From NCBI GenBank assembly GCA_041288095.1, contig JBGGMJ010000075.1, positions 1 to 52,090 of the forward strand: a stretch of 52,090 nucleotides of DNA, in the 5' to 3' direction. The notes under the pieces are model-generated. The model had not been told where the DNA came from and searched no databases. It saw only the letters and a program-made list of their open reading frames with translations. The stretch is from Myxococcota bacterium (GTDB lineage: Bacteria; Myxococcota; XYA12-FULL-58-9; JALHOP01). Shown here one piece after another: positions 9,527 through 19,055 of this stretch; position 1 is the first letter of the stretch; each line of letters opens with the position of its first letter. The translations under genes and the position numbers were made by a program.

Positions 9527-10378
9527 GTGGGACGTCGCGGCACAGGGACGGTCGTTCTCACACTCGCCGCGCTGCTGGCGTTCGCCGCGAACTCCCTGCT
9601 GTGTCGCTGGGCGCTACGGTCGGGGGCGGTCATCGATCCCGCTTCCTTCACGGCGATACGCCTTGCTTCGGGCGCCCTCGTCCTGACGCTGATCGCCGGG
9701 AGCAAAGGCGAGATCGTCGTGCGTGCGGGCTCGTGGCGCTCGGCGGCAGCGTTGTTCGTGTACGCTATAGCGTTTTCATTCGCTTATGTGAGTCTCAATA
9801 CGGCAACCGGCGCGCTCATTCTCTTCGGGGCGGTACAGCTGACCATGTTCGGCGTCGGCTTGCGTTCCGGCGAGCGCGTCGGGCTTTGGCGGACCGCCGG
9901 CATCGCCTTGGCGGTTTCTGGCCTCGTCATTCTCCTGCTTCCCGACGCCACGATGCCCTCCCCTCTGGGTGCGGCACTGATGGCCAGCGCCGGCATTTCG
10001 TGGGGTGCCTACTCTTTACGCGGCCGCGGCGTCACCAATCCAACGACGGTGACCGCCGGCAATTTTCAGCGCGCGCTGCTGCCGGCACTCGTTACCTCCG
10101 CCATCTTCATGATGACGATGCGAGTCACGACACGCGGCGCGCTCCTCGCGGCGATCTCCGGCGCGGTGACCTCTGGCTTGGGCTACGTGGTTTGGTACCG
10201 AGCCCTCCGCGGCCACTCGGCGACGAGCGCGGCGGTCGTTCAGCTCGCCGTGCCGGTGCTCGCCGCAATCGCGGGCGCTCTCTTGCTGGGCGAGACGCTC
10301 ACTCTCCGCTTCATCGTCGCCGCCCTGCTGACACTAGGCGGAATCGCTATTGCCAGCGCGCGCCGTGATAAAGCGTGA
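9527..10378 (+). CDS. DMT/EamA family transporter
   Basis: AFAANSLLCRWAL, SFTAIRLASGA, GALILFGAVQ and LGYVVWY; about 10 TM helices; start uncertain (GTG 9527 or 9455). Confidence 0.88.
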   Translation: MGRRGTGTVVLTLAALLAFAANSLLCRWALRSGAVIDPASFTAIRLASGALVLTLIAGSKGEIVVRAGSWRSAAALFVYAIAFSFAYVSLNTATGALILFGAVQLTMFGVGLRSGERVGLWRTAGIALAVSGLVILLLPDATMPSPLGAALMASAGISWGAYSLRGRGVTNPTTVTAGNFQRALLPALVTSAIFMMTMRVTTRGALLAAISGAVTSGLGYVVWYRALRGHSATSAAVVQLAVPVLAAIAGALLLGETLTLRFIVAALLTLGGIAIASARRDKA

Positions 10379-11072
10379 CGCGTGTGTGGCGTGGCTCGGC
10401 GCTCCTCTCGTCGAGGCGACACCAAGCCAATTTCTCGACCGGCCCTTCGACGAAGTCCTGCGCGTGCCGCCAAAGAAGCGGACCACCGCCGCACTCGTTA
10501 CCCTCGGTACCGAAGTCGAGGACGTACTTGCATGGACCGCGGATGACGCGCTCCACCAACCGTCCAGGCGGGGCCCAGCTGATGAGCACGAGGTCCGGGC
10601 GATACTGCTGCACCGCGCGTTGCGCCGTGAGCCGCTGCACGTTGTTGCCGAGGGCGAGCCCACGCACGTCGTGGCCCGCATAGGTGCGTCGCTCACGTGT
10701 GGTCATGCGCGCGTTCGCCTTTTCCCACGAGCCATCGTCGGTGGCGATGATGCGCAGCCGTGGGCACTGCGCGGCGAGGCAGCGTGAGAGAAACCCATCG
10801 CCCGCGGCGACCTCGAGCACGGTGCGCACGCGCAAGCTGTCGATGTACTTGGCGAGCGCTCGAATCCACTCGCGCGTCGGCAAGAGATAGATGGGCGCGA
10901 TGCCGTTCATCTCGCAGACCCACCACACGTCGCCGCGAACACAAGCGTCGATCGCCCGCTTCAACCGCGCATTCCCCGGCAGCCGGCGATGACCGCGCGC
11001 ATCCCACAACACCTTCGCAAGGGCCGCCCGCGCGGCAGCGCGCCGCGCCGTGATTCGACCGTTCCGCAGCAT
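10347..11072 (-). CDS. Class I SAM-dependent methyltransferase-like protein
   Basis: VLEVAAGDGFLS motif I, IIATDD, and PDLVLISWAPP. Confidence 0.7.
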   Translation of the reverse strand: MLRNGRITARRAAARAALAKVLWDARGHRRLPGNARLKRAIDACVRGDVWWVCEMNGIAPIYLLPTREWIRALAKYIDSLRVRTVLEVAAGDGFLSRCLAAQCPRLRIIATDDGSWEKANARMTTRERRTYAGHDVRGLALGNNVQRLTAQRAVQQYRPDLVLISWAPPGRLVERVIRGPCKYVLDFGTEGNECGGGPLLWRHAQDFVEGPVEKLAWCRLDERSAEPRHTRVTLYHGARWQ

Positions 11073-11186
11073 TGGTCGGTGAGTCTACCGCGAAAGGCGC
11101 CGCGAGTCGTGGGTAGGGCGTTATCACTTGCACCCGTCTCTCGGGCTGCCGCATGACTCGTGCTCCCAACGACCAGGAGCAAGCGC

Positions 11187-11984
11187 ATGGACGCAATCGC
11201 CCAATTCAAAGACAATCAGAGACAAGCCTGGTCGACGTTCGCGCCGACCGAGATTTACACCTGCGCACCCGCGGCGCGTCTCGTTGCCTTCGCGCGCATC
11301 ACCTCGAGCCAGCGCGTTCTCGACGTCGGCTGCGGTACCGGTGTCGTCGCCCTCGCGGCGGCTCGCACCGGCGCGCGCATTACCGGTCTCGATCTCACCC
11401 CCGAGCTGATTGCCCACGCCAAGCAGAACGCCGCCATCGCTGGCGCGGAGGCGGAGTGGCTCGTCGGCGATGCCGAAGCGCTCCCCTTCGAGGACGGCAG
11501 CTTCGATGCGGTGGTCAGCCAATTCGGCCACATGTTCGCGCCGCGCCCGGATGTCGCGCTCAAGGAGATGCTCCGCGTGCTCAAGCCAGGCGGCACCATC
11601 GCCTTCGCGACATGGCCCCCGGATTTCTTCACGGGCCGGGTGTTCCAGCTAGTCGGCAAGTTCCTGCCGCCGTTGCCGCCTGGAGTTTCGCCGCCGGTGC
11701 AATGGGGCAACCCGGTCATCGTGCGCGAGCGCCTTGGCACCGCCGTGAAGGACGTCGTCTTCGACAGCGGCACCATGCGCGCGCCGTACCTGAGCCCGCA
11801 ACACGTTCGTGCCTTCATGGAACGCTCGGTTGGCCCAGTGATGAAGTTGACGCAGATGCTGCAGAGCGAGCCCGCGAAGCTCGCCGAGTTCCGCGCCGCG
11901 ATGGACGCGCTCTCGATGACCTACTTCGAGCCGACCGAGAATATCCTGCGTCAGGACTACCTGCTGACCCGCGCCATCAAGTGA
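11187..11984 (+). CDS. Class I SAM-dependent methyltransferase (UbiE-like, Methyltransf_11)
   Basis: VLDVGCGTG, GDAEALPFEDGSFDAV and RVLKPGG; AGGAG RBS before ATG 11187. Confidence 0.9.
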   Translation: MDAIAQFKDNQRQAWSTFAPTEIYTCAPAARLVAFARITSSQRVLDVGCGTGVVALAAARTGARITGLDLTPELIAHAKQNAAIAGAEAEWLVGDAEALPFEDGSFDAVVSQFGHMFAPRPDVALKEMLRVLKPGGTIAFATWPPDFFTGRVFQLVGKFLPPLPPGVSPPVQWGNPVIVRERLGTAVKDVVFDSGTMRAPYLSPQHVRAFMERSVGPVMKLTQMLQSEPAKLAEFRAAMDALSMTYFEPTENILRQDYLLTRAIK

Positions 11985-12014
11985 CTTGGGGCGCGGGCCT
12001 TCTCGATTGCGCGC

Positions 12015-12455
12015 TCACTTCGAATCGATGGTGACCGGCACCTTCATCTCATCGGCTAGTCCGAGGACGAGATCCCAGGCCTTGCGCATTTGATGGACAT
12101 TGCCGCGGTCGTGAAGGATGGCGACGCCTCCGTCGGTCTTCTTCACGTCGAGCCCCACCGGCTCCAAATTCTGCTTCAGGTACTGGTAGGTGTTTTCGAG
12201 GCGCTCGGGGGACGGAGGGACGGTGGTCAGGTGATAGACCGCTGGAGCGGGCAGGCCGAGGGGCTGCTGCAGCTCGGCGTAACGAACGCGCACCGCTTCG
12301 TCGGTGTAGTACGGGTTGCTGTGAACGGTGCCGAGCGCGATTTTCTCTTCGGGATCGAACTCGAGATCTCGGCCGGCGGCCGCGAGCGCGGCCTCGAACT
12401 TCTCGATAGTGATCATGCCGGTGAGGATGCTCCGGACTTCTTTAGCGGCGTGCAT
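12015..12455 (-). CDS. Hypothetical protein (orphan)
   Basis: 146-aa ORF with natural composition; GGAG RBS; shares 5' leader with the next gene. Confidence 0.65.
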   Translation of the reverse strand: MHAAKEVRSILTGMITIEKFEAALAAAGRDLEFDPEEKIALGTVHSNPYYTDEAVRVRYAELQQPLGLPAPAVYHLTTVPPSPERLENTYQYLKQNLEPVGLDVKKTDGGVAILHDRGNVHQMRKAWDLVLGLADEMKVPVTIDSK

Positions 12456-12500
12456 GGTGGTCTCCAGATGGTGGTGGGCCGCGCCTGACGCGACGTGACG

Positions 12501-12527
12501 GTTTCGCGCCGCGCGCTAGAACGTTGC
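12501..12527 (-). promoter_or_regulatory. Putative promoter GCAAC-N16-CGAAAC
   Basis: Same AAC-N16-CGA spacing as 9465-9491, upstream of the 12455 start. Confidence 0.4.
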
Positions 12528-12569
12528 GGATCAACCACACAGGGTGGAGTGCCAGAGCGGCACGAGGCG

Positions 12570-12878
12570 CTACTCGCGATAGGCGGCGCGGATCGCGGCA
12601 TGGATGCCGGCGAGCACGGGGGGGACCAAAGCACTGTTCATGCGGGCGAAATCGCCGATGGTGTAGACGTCATGGCGCGACAGAGCCACCGCGCGCTTGG
12701 GACCGACCTGCATGAGGCTCGTGACTCCCTCACGGGCCACATTGACCAGCGGGCGGACACCGTCGCGGATGCGGCGGGCGTTCTCGTTCATCAGCGCGGT
12801 GCGGATCGGCTGATCGAGGCACGAAGCGGTACGGATGGTCAGGGGGATATGGCCGACGGGGTGAAGTTTGGTGCTCAT
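12570..12878 (-). CDS. Small helix-hairpin-helix motif protein
   Basis: VTSLMQVGPKRAVALSRHDVYTIGDFA matches the HhH pattern (hxGhGPKRAxxL...hxThxDh); GGAG RBS before MSTKL. Confidence 0.6.
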   Translation of the reverse strand: MSTKLHPVGHIPLTIRTASCLDQPIRTALMNENARRIRDGVRPLVNVAREGVTSLMQVGPKRAVALSRHDVYTIGDFARMNSALVPPVLAGIHAAIRAAYRE

Positions 12879-12909
12879 GGTTGGTCTCCGGGATAGTGGT
12901 GGCGAGCCG

Positions 12910-12937
12910 TTATCGACACCGGTCACACGGAAGTTGC
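12910..12937 (-). promoter_or_regulatory. Putative sigma28-like promoter GCAAC-N15-GTCGATAA
   Basis: -10 box matches 7/8 of the sigma28 consensus GCCGATAA with canonical 15-nt spacing. Confidence 0.6.
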
Positions 12938-12987
12938 CGTCGTGTGATTCCGCTAGCGCTTCGCGCGCGGCAGGCGTATCGCGCGCC

Positions 12988-14160
12988 ATGCTCAACCCAT
13001 GTCGGATCCTAGCGGTCGCTTTGGCCCTCGTGAGCGTGTCGGCCAGCGCCTCGACTGGGTTTCACATCGCGCGCAAATCACCACGAGATGGCGCCCAGTA
13101 CGCCATCTCGACGGGCTGGTATTCGCCGGCACGCGCTGCCGTCGTGCTCAACCCACGCCATTTGCATCGCAACGGCGCCCTCGAGGCAGGCACGGCCAAC
13201 GCCATCGAATGGACCTCTCGTTATTGGAGTCTCGCCCAGACGATGTTCGGAGCGGGGTTTCCGATGAGCGGGGTCAACGAACGCGGCCTCATCATCCAAT
13301 CGACCGTGTTGCGCGATCGACCCTACCCGTCGGCGCCCGCGCGGGCGCGCGTGCTGCAGCGCTCGCAATGGTCGCAATATCACCTCGACACTTCGGAGTC
13401 GCTCGCCGAGGTCATCAGCAAATCCGTCACCGGAGAGCACCCGGTCATCCCGAGCGGCACCATCAACGCGCAGTTCCAAGTTTGCGATGCGAAAGACTGT
13501 GCCGTGATCGCGTACTACGACGACAAGGTCGTGGCGCACGGTTCCATGGGACGCATCGAGGTAGACCTCGTAAGCGGCGCGCAGAAGGTCGACAAAGCGA
13601 ACCGTTGGCCCTGGGCGACGATCAGCAACCACTCGCTCGACGACGCCATCGCCGCCGTGCAGCGCTGCAAGGCGACACCGTGCGCCGATCTCGACGACTC
13701 GCTCGCGCGCTTCGTACGCGTCACCAGCGCGGTGCGGAGCTACGGCTCGAAGCCGGTCGCGCAGACGCGATTGTTCGCGGACCTGGCAACGGTCGATCAA
13801 GGTTTTCCGAAGACGACATGGAACGAAGTCTATTCGGTAACACAGCGCGGTGACCGCGTTAGCGTACGGCTGTCGTTCAAGACACCAGGCGCGCCCATCG
13901 AAAACCTGCAATGGCTCGAGGTGAACGAGGCCGCCTTCGAGGTCGATTGTGGACAGCCGTTGCGCATGTGGTGGATCGATCTGGCGCGCGCCGGCGGCGA
14001 CCGAACGCGCGAGCACGTCGCGCACACCCGCGAGGCTCAGGAAACACTGGCGCTGCAGCACGCAAAGGAAAGCGGCGGTGTCTTCCCGCGCGCCATCTTG
14101 GAGCCGATGGTAACCGCTCCCGAAACCAAGACGGCCTGCAGAAGCCTGCCGGCCGACTGA
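12988..14160 (+). CDS. Secreted choloylglycine hydrolase/penicillin V acylase-like Ntn hydrolase (Cys->Ser variant)
   Basis: Signal peptide; WTSRYWS, FPMSGVNERGL, QWSQYHLD, ISN, SLARF and TTWNEVY match linear amide C-N hydrolases. Confidence 0.75.
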   Translation: MLNPCRILAVALALVSVSASASTGFHIARKSPRDGAQYAISTGWYSPARAAVVLNPRHLHRNGALEAGTANAIEWTSRYWSLAQTMFGAGFPMSGVNERGLIIQSTVLRDRPYPSAPARARVLQRSQWSQYHLDTSESLAEVISKSVTGEHPVIPSGTINAQFQVCDAKDCAVIAYYDDKVVAHGSMGRIEVDLVSGAQKVDKANRWPWATISNHSLDDAIAAVQRCKATPCADLDDSLARFVRVTSAVRSYGSKPVAQTRLFADLATVDQGFPKTTWNEVYSVTQRGDRVSVRLSFKTPGAPIENLQWLEVNEAAFEVDCGQPLRMWWIDLARAGGDRTREHVAHTREAQETLALQHAKESGGVFPRAILEPMVTAPETKTACRSLPAD

Positions 14161-14227
14161 GCGCGGAGCACGTTTGTCTTGACCCCATGCATGTGGCAAA
14201 CGTTGCCCTTCGCCAAGGGGGGCAACA

Positions 14228-14599
14228 ATGCGCTGGCTCGCGTGCGCTTTACTCGTTCTGATTTCTGCCTGCGGTGACTCCGAGTCCGACGAGCTCGGCG
14301 TGGGCGCTCAGTGCGCCGCGGACGATGAGTGCAACCACGATATCGAGCCACCTCTGCATTGTTTGAGTGGCTTCAAGGGCGGGTATTGCGGGTTGAGTGG
14401 CTGCACCGGCGATCTCGACTGTCCGGAGGACTCGATCTGCGTGCACCACACCGACGGAACGAACTACTGCTTCCGCGCCTGCGTCGACAAAGCAGAGTGC
14501 AACGCCAACCGCGATGCGGAGAACGAGTCGAACTGCTCCTCGAACATCGAGCGCGTCAGCGGTGGCAATATCAAGGCGTGCGTTCCGCCTTCCGGATGA
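14228..14599 (+). CDS. Cys-rich lipoprotein
   Basis: Lipobox LISAC; about 12 Cys in the mature part, including the GGYC motif typical of myxobacterial Cys-rich repeats. Confidence 0.75.
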   Translation: MRWLACALLVLISACGDSESDELGVGAQCAADDECNHDIEPPLHCLSGFKGGYCGLSGCTGDLDCPEDSICVHHTDGTNYCFRACVDKAECNANRDAENESNCSSNIERVSGGNIKACVPPSG

Positions 14600-14614
14600 G
14601 AGCAGCCCCGCCGC

Positions 14615-17053
14615 TCAGTCAGTCGGTTCGAAGACGCGGGTCCCAGCACCGCTAAAACGTACGCCGGTGACGCGTCCCTCCGTGACGTCGATGCCGGTGA
14701 TGGCGCTGTCTTGATCGGGCGCGAAGACACGCGTTCCGATATGTCGCGCAATGACGCGCGCGACGGACGGCGCGTTGCGCCCCTCTTCGCGGCCGGTCGA
14801 GCACGATGAGAGAACGACAGCCGCCTCGGGCGCGAGCGCCGGCCGGAGCCTCGCGAGGAGCTGTCCGTCCCCGACATCGATCGTATCGCGCTGGTCGCTA
14901 CCGCGGCCAAGCCTGATGGAATCGGGACTCCCGTGGCCGCCGATGACCAGGAGCGAGATGCGCCGCCCGCCGCTCATCTGACGAAGGGCGCGGTCCACCA
15001 GCTCCTCGTCGCGTCCGGCCTCGATGACTCGCACATCGTAGTACGCGAGCAGCGCGGGCTGGACGTCGGCGATGTCGTCGAAGACACGATTGTGGTCGGT
15101 GCTGGGAACCACGAAGACCGCGAGTGGTCGCTCGCGATTGCGGTGGTCGAGCATCGCCGCGAGAACGTCGGGATGGACGCGTGAGACGAACGACAACCCG
15201 GTTTGCCGGAGCATGTCGGACACTGCTTGGGGGAGCCTGCCCTCTCCAGCGAGCGTTCGCACCAGGAGGTTCACGTTGTGCGAGTCGAGGACCCCCGGCG
15301 GCAGTCCGACGAGCGACGCGGGCCGGACTTCAAGTGCTCGCAGCGTCCGCAGATGCTTGTCGCTCCAGCCCTTGTTGGCAAGGCTCGGGTACGCGACGCG
15401 CAACTCGATATCCGCGACGCTCGCGCCCTCGAGGCGGTCCGGCAACAGTCCCGCGCGCACGACGCGGAACACCACGCTCGGGTCCACGCCATCCAACGCC
15501 TCGACGCCGAGCGCTATCGCGTTGTCGCGCTCGCCGGCCGGCCCTGGCCAGGCACGCGCGGCATCGATCAAGCCGCGCGCGTGCTCGGCGTCCAAGGTAC
15601 CGGCGGTTGCGAGCGCGGTGAGCGCCGATGCTCCGACCGCTATAGCGTCACGATAGGCCGCGTTGGCCGAAGGATCATTCGCGATGGTTGCGAACGCCTC
15701 GACCAACTCCGGCACCAGGTCGCTCTTGGCGAGGCGCGCGGCATCGGCGAGCTGCATGGCCGAGATGCCGGCCGGCTTCCATCGGCGCGCATCGGGGTGC
15801 GCGAAAAAGCGCGGGGGGATACCCGCCACGACGATGTCGTCCGCCGAATAGCGCGACAGGCGCGCCAACGCGGCCTCGTGTCGCGACAAGCCCAGCGACT
15901 CGTAGGACGCGAGGTGTCCGGTGCCGACGCGTTGAAGCTCCTCGGCGCCACCCTCGGTCACGAGCAACCGGGCCACGGCATTGGCACTCAGAGCGCCCCG
16001 ATGGCGCGTGATATGCTTCGCGAGCACCTCGGGTGTGACGCCCGCAGCGACCAGCGCCGCCGCCGTCGCCCGATCCGCCCCGAGCCGCGCCAGCCGGTCG
16101 ATACGATCCATGAGGCTGGCGACGCGGGCGCGATGGGCAAACGCGCGGACGATGGCATCCGTCGCGCGTTCTTCAGTCGGAATTCCAGCGAGACGGAGAA
16201 CCTCGTTGGTTGGCATCGAGCCGAAGGTTCGAGCGAAACGGGTCACGAACGCGGGCGCGACACCGGCCTTCAGCGCCGCCGCCGCGTCGCGCGACACCTC
16301 GAGGTTCGCGTGCTCGTCGGGGGTGAATCCCGCGAGGTAAGCGCGAATCGTCGCTACCGGCACGCGCGCTTCGAGAAGGGGGAGGTAGCGCGCGTGCACG
16401 AGACCCGCGGCGTGATACTCGCGGATCTGGCTCGTGCGCACCTCGGCGCCGCCCAGTCGTTGCACGGTCGCATCGTCGATCCCCAAGCTCGCGAGCCATT
16501 CGCGCACGTCGCGTTGATCACGCGCCTCGCCGGGGATGACTTGTCGCGGCAGGGTCGCGGCGAAGGAACCACGACGAAAGTCACGCACCGCGTCGCGGGT
16601 CTGGAGAGCCAGCGCCAGTTGGTAACCTTGGAGCTCGTTGGTCCGCAAAACGCGCGTGATGGCATCTTCGACCTGCAGGGCAACGGCCAAAGCGCGTGCG
16701 TGGTCGTAGCTCTCGGCTGCACGGCCCAAGGCAGCGACCTCCTCGGGACGGCCGCTAGCCTCGAGGGCCACAGCGAGCGCGGCGGCGCTTGGGCTGCGGA
16801 TGATGCGCTCTGCCCAGGCCGGCGCGGCGCGCGGCGTGGACAAGGCGTCGACGGTGCGTCTTGGCTCGGCCAGCTGCGCGTAGCGTGGGCCGGGGCCACG
16901 CAACACGTCGATATTTCGGCGGCCTTGCGTCAGGGCATCAGCATCGAAGACGGTTCCAACAGCGATCGGCAACGCTTCTTCGCCGCTGTCGCTCGCTGTC
17001 ATCTCGGCCTGCGTCGACGTGCGCGCGAGCCCCTCTATCGCCAGTGGAACCAT
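14615..17053 (-). CDS. Large Ala-rich helical protein with C-terminal caspase-like (clan CD/DUF4347-like) His-Cys dyad domain
   Basis: C-terminal LLVIGGHGSPDSIRLG...VVLSSCSTG; start uncertain (ATG 17053 or a later Met). Confidence 0.6.
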   Translation of the reverse strand: MVPLAIEGLARTSTQAEMTASDSGEEALPIAVGTVFDADALTQGRRNIDVLRGPGPRYAQLAEPRRTVDALSTPRAAPAWAERIIRSPSAAALAVALEASGRPEEVAALGRAAESYDHARALAVALQVEDAITRVLRTNELQGYQLALALQTRDAVRDFRRGSFAATLPRQVIPGEARDQRDVREWLASLGIDDATVQRLGGAEVRTSQIREYHAAGLVHARYLPLLEARVPVATIRAYLAGFTPDEHANLEVSRDAAAALKAGVAPAFVTRFARTFGSMPTNEVLRLAGIPTEERATDAIVRAFAHRARVASLMDRIDRLARLGADRATAAALVAAGVTPEVLAKHITRHRGALSANAVARLLVTEGGAEELQRVGTGHLASYESLGLSRHEAALARLSRYSADDIVVAGIPPRFFAHPDARRWKPAGISAMQLADAARLAKSDLVPELVEAFATIANDPSANAAYRDAIAVGASALTALATAGTLDAEHARGLIDAARAWPGPAGERDNAIALGVEALDGVDPSVVFRVVRAGLLPDRLEGASVADIELRVAYPSLANKGWSDKHLRTLRALEVRPASLVGLPPGVLDSHNVNLLVRTLAGEGRLPQAVSDMLRQTGLSFVSRVHPDVLAAMLDHRNRERPLAVFVVPSTDHNRVFDDIADVQPALLAYYDVRVIEAGRDEELVDRALRQMSGGRRISLLVIGGHGSPDSIRLGRGSDQRDTIDVGDGQLLARLRPALAPEAAVVLSSCSTGREEGRNAPSVARVIARHIGTRVFAPDQDSAITGIDVTEGRVTGVRFSGAGTRVFEPTD

Positions 17054-17064
17054 TGAGTCCGCCA

Positions 17065-17091
17065 ATATCGGCGGGCTCGGCTCTAAGGTGT
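17065..17091 (-). promoter_or_regulatory. Putative sigma28-like promoter ACACC-N14-GCCGATAT
   Basis: -10 GCCGATAT (7/8 of consensus) directly upstream of the 17053 gene. Confidence 0.5.
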
Positions 17092-18012
17092 GCCACTGTG
17101 GCACCCCTCGGGACGAATCGTGAGCGCCAGCACGCAGAGCGCCACGCCGAGCTGATTCGCGAGGCCATGGGTCGTGGTCATCAGGGCCAATGACATCGGC
17201 GTGGGGACCGTGAGCTCGGCGAGTCCATACGCGGCGGCGAGCAACATGCCGCTGGCGAGCACTGTGGCCGACGACGCGAACAGCCATCGCGCGGCCCGTT
17301 CCGCCGACGCGCGAGCCGCGACGACGCAAAGGCCGGCCAATGCGACGACGCACAGAACCATCGCGATGACTCCGCAGAATTTCAGCAAAGGCAGCGCCAA
17401 GAGGTTGCCAGCGGCGATGAGCGCGATTGCCACGGCCGCGCTCGGACTCACGCAGGCGACGACGAGACGGAGGGCGCGCGAGGTCGCGCTGAGCTTGCGT
17501 CCCACCCCCGCGACCAGGATCTGCAGCGCGAAGCCACTGAAGTGAAAGTGCAGCGCCGCCAGGAGTACCGTCGTCTCCGAGAGATGACGCGGTGCCGCTC
17601 CCAAGCGCGACAGGAGCAGCCAGACTGCGCCGATGACCAAAAAGACGTGTCCCGCGATCACGGTTGCCGTCCCGCGGTCACGGTGAGCGAGCGTTCTACG
17701 CACCCCACGTCCCGCAAGAGCTACCGCCAAGATCAACCACGGCATGGCGAAGACGGCGGCTCCCATGCCCCGCGGAACCAAGAACGAAACCACGACAAGC
17801 GCCCCCGCCCCGGCGAGCGCTCGCCGAGCAAGCGCGCTGAAGCGCTCGCATCGCCCACCAAGAAGCGTGTCGGCGAGTTGCACGAGCGGGGGCGCCAGCA
17901 CGAGCGGCATGAAGAGGAATCCGTGCTCGAGGGAACCGAAGGATGGCCGGTGTTCGGCGGGAAGAAACGGCGCCACGAGCCACAGGAGCAAACCGAGCAC
18001 GGACTGTCGCAT
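17083..18012 (-). CDS. YndJ-like membrane protein
   Basis: Multi-TM; VLLAALHFHFSGF and MTTTHGLAN motifs. Confidence 0.75.
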   Translation of the reverse strand: MRQSVLGLLLWLVAPFLPAEHRPSFGSLEHGFLFMPLVLAPPLVQLADTLLGGRCERFSALARRALAGAGALVVVSFLVPRGMGAAVFAMPWLILAVALAGRGVRRTLAHRDRGTATVIAGHVFLVIGAVWLLLSRLGAAPRHLSETTVLLAALHFHFSGFALQILVAGVGRKLSATSRALRLVVACVSPSAAVAIALIAAGNLLALPLLKFCGVIAMVLCVVALAGLCVVAARASAERAARWLFASSATVLASGMLLAAAYGLAELTVPTPMSLALMTTTHGLANQLGVALCVLALTIRPEGCHSGTP

Positions 18013-18070
18013 CGCCTCGAAACTAAGACGCGGCGCGGGCGCGCAGAAGATCTAGCGAAGTCATCGCGGG

Positions 18071-18086
18071 TATACAAAAATGCATA
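18071..18086. promoter_or_regulatory. Possible LysR-type operator (imperfect palindrome TATACAAAAATGCATA)
   Basis: AT-rich dyad between the divergent YndJ-like and LysR genes. Confidence 0.4.
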
Positions 18087-19015
18087 GCGTGCCGAGACAC
18101 CAAGCCAAATTGAAGCGCGAGTCGCTGCCCCGTGCCTTGTCGAGCTGGGATGACGTGCGCCTTTTCTTGGCGGTGCACCGTGCCGGCAGCTTCTCCGCCG
18201 CGGCCGGTTCGTTGGGTGTGACCCAACCCACCTGCGGCCGACGGGTCGACGCGCTCGAGCGCTCGCTTGGTTTTCGACTCTTCGACCGTACGCCTACGGG
18301 TCTGACCATCACCGTCGAGGGGGCTGCGCTCCTCGAGGCTGCGTCGGCGATGGAATACTCGGCGGACATGCTGGCGCTGCAGGCCGCGACGCGGAATCGC
18401 ACTGTCGATGGCATCGTTCGTATCGGCACCAACGAGCTGTTCGCGACGACGTTCCTGATCGGCGCGCTCGGCCAAGTTCGCGCCAAGTACCCAGGCATTC
18501 GCGTCGAGCTGGCGCTCGCGAACGAAGATGCCGACCTCCTCAAGCGCGAAGTCGATCTCGCGATTCGCTTTCGCCCCGAGGGGATGCGTCCGACGCCGGA
18601 GGCACTCGTGGCGCGCAAACTGGGCGACGAGCCCTTTTTCCTCTACGGCGCATCGAGCTATTTGCAGCGGCGCGCCGCCCCGGCGAATCCGAACGACCTC
18701 GCTGGGCATGACACCATTGCGTGTACGGTGCGGCACCCGGCGGCTGAATGGTGCGCCAAAGCGTACCGCGGATCCAACGTCGTGCTTTCCACCGCCAGCA
18801 TGCAGGTCGTAGCCGCGGCCATCGCGGAAGGCTTGGGCATCGGAGCACTGCCGGGACGCGCGAGCCGCTCGTTCCCGTTACTGCGCCCGCTGTCGCCGGT
18901 CCTCGCTCGGGGTACCGGCTGGCTCGTCGTGCACCCAGACTTGCGGCGCGTGCTGCGCATTCGCGTTGTCGCGGACGAGGTCGTCAGGCTGTTCCGGGCG
19001 GCCTCTGCCGGCTAA
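18080..19015 (+). CDS. LysR family transcriptional regulator
   Basis: WDDVRLFLAVHRAGSFSAAAGSLGVTQPT HTH; LFDRTPTG; REVDLAIR. Confidence 0.93.
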   Translation: MHSVPRHQAKLKRESLPRALSSWDDVRLFLAVHRAGSFSAAAGSLGVTQPTCGRRVDALERSLGFRLFDRTPTGLTITVEGAALLEAASAMEYSADMLALQAATRNRTVDGIVRIGTNELFATTFLIGALGQVRAKYPGIRVELALANEDADLLKREVDLAIRFRPEGMRPTPEALVARKLGDEPFFLYGASSYLQRRAAPANPNDLAGHDTIACTVRHPAAEWCAKAYRGSNVVLSTASMQVVAAAIAEGLGIGALPGRASRSFPLLRPLSPVLARGTGWLVVHPDLRRVLRIRVVADEVVRLFRAASAG

Positions 19016-19055
19016 GCGCGGGCGGCGCACCATCGATGCGACGCCCGCGCACCTA

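Noticed and set aside
14194-14206. TGGCAAACGTTGC as a sigma54 promoter
   Set aside because: GG-to-GC spacing is 8 nt instead of the required 10.
15203-17056. 617-aa plus-strand ORF
   Set aside because: Antisense shadow of the minus-strand gene; R/G/H-rich with no motifs, typical of high-GC DNA.
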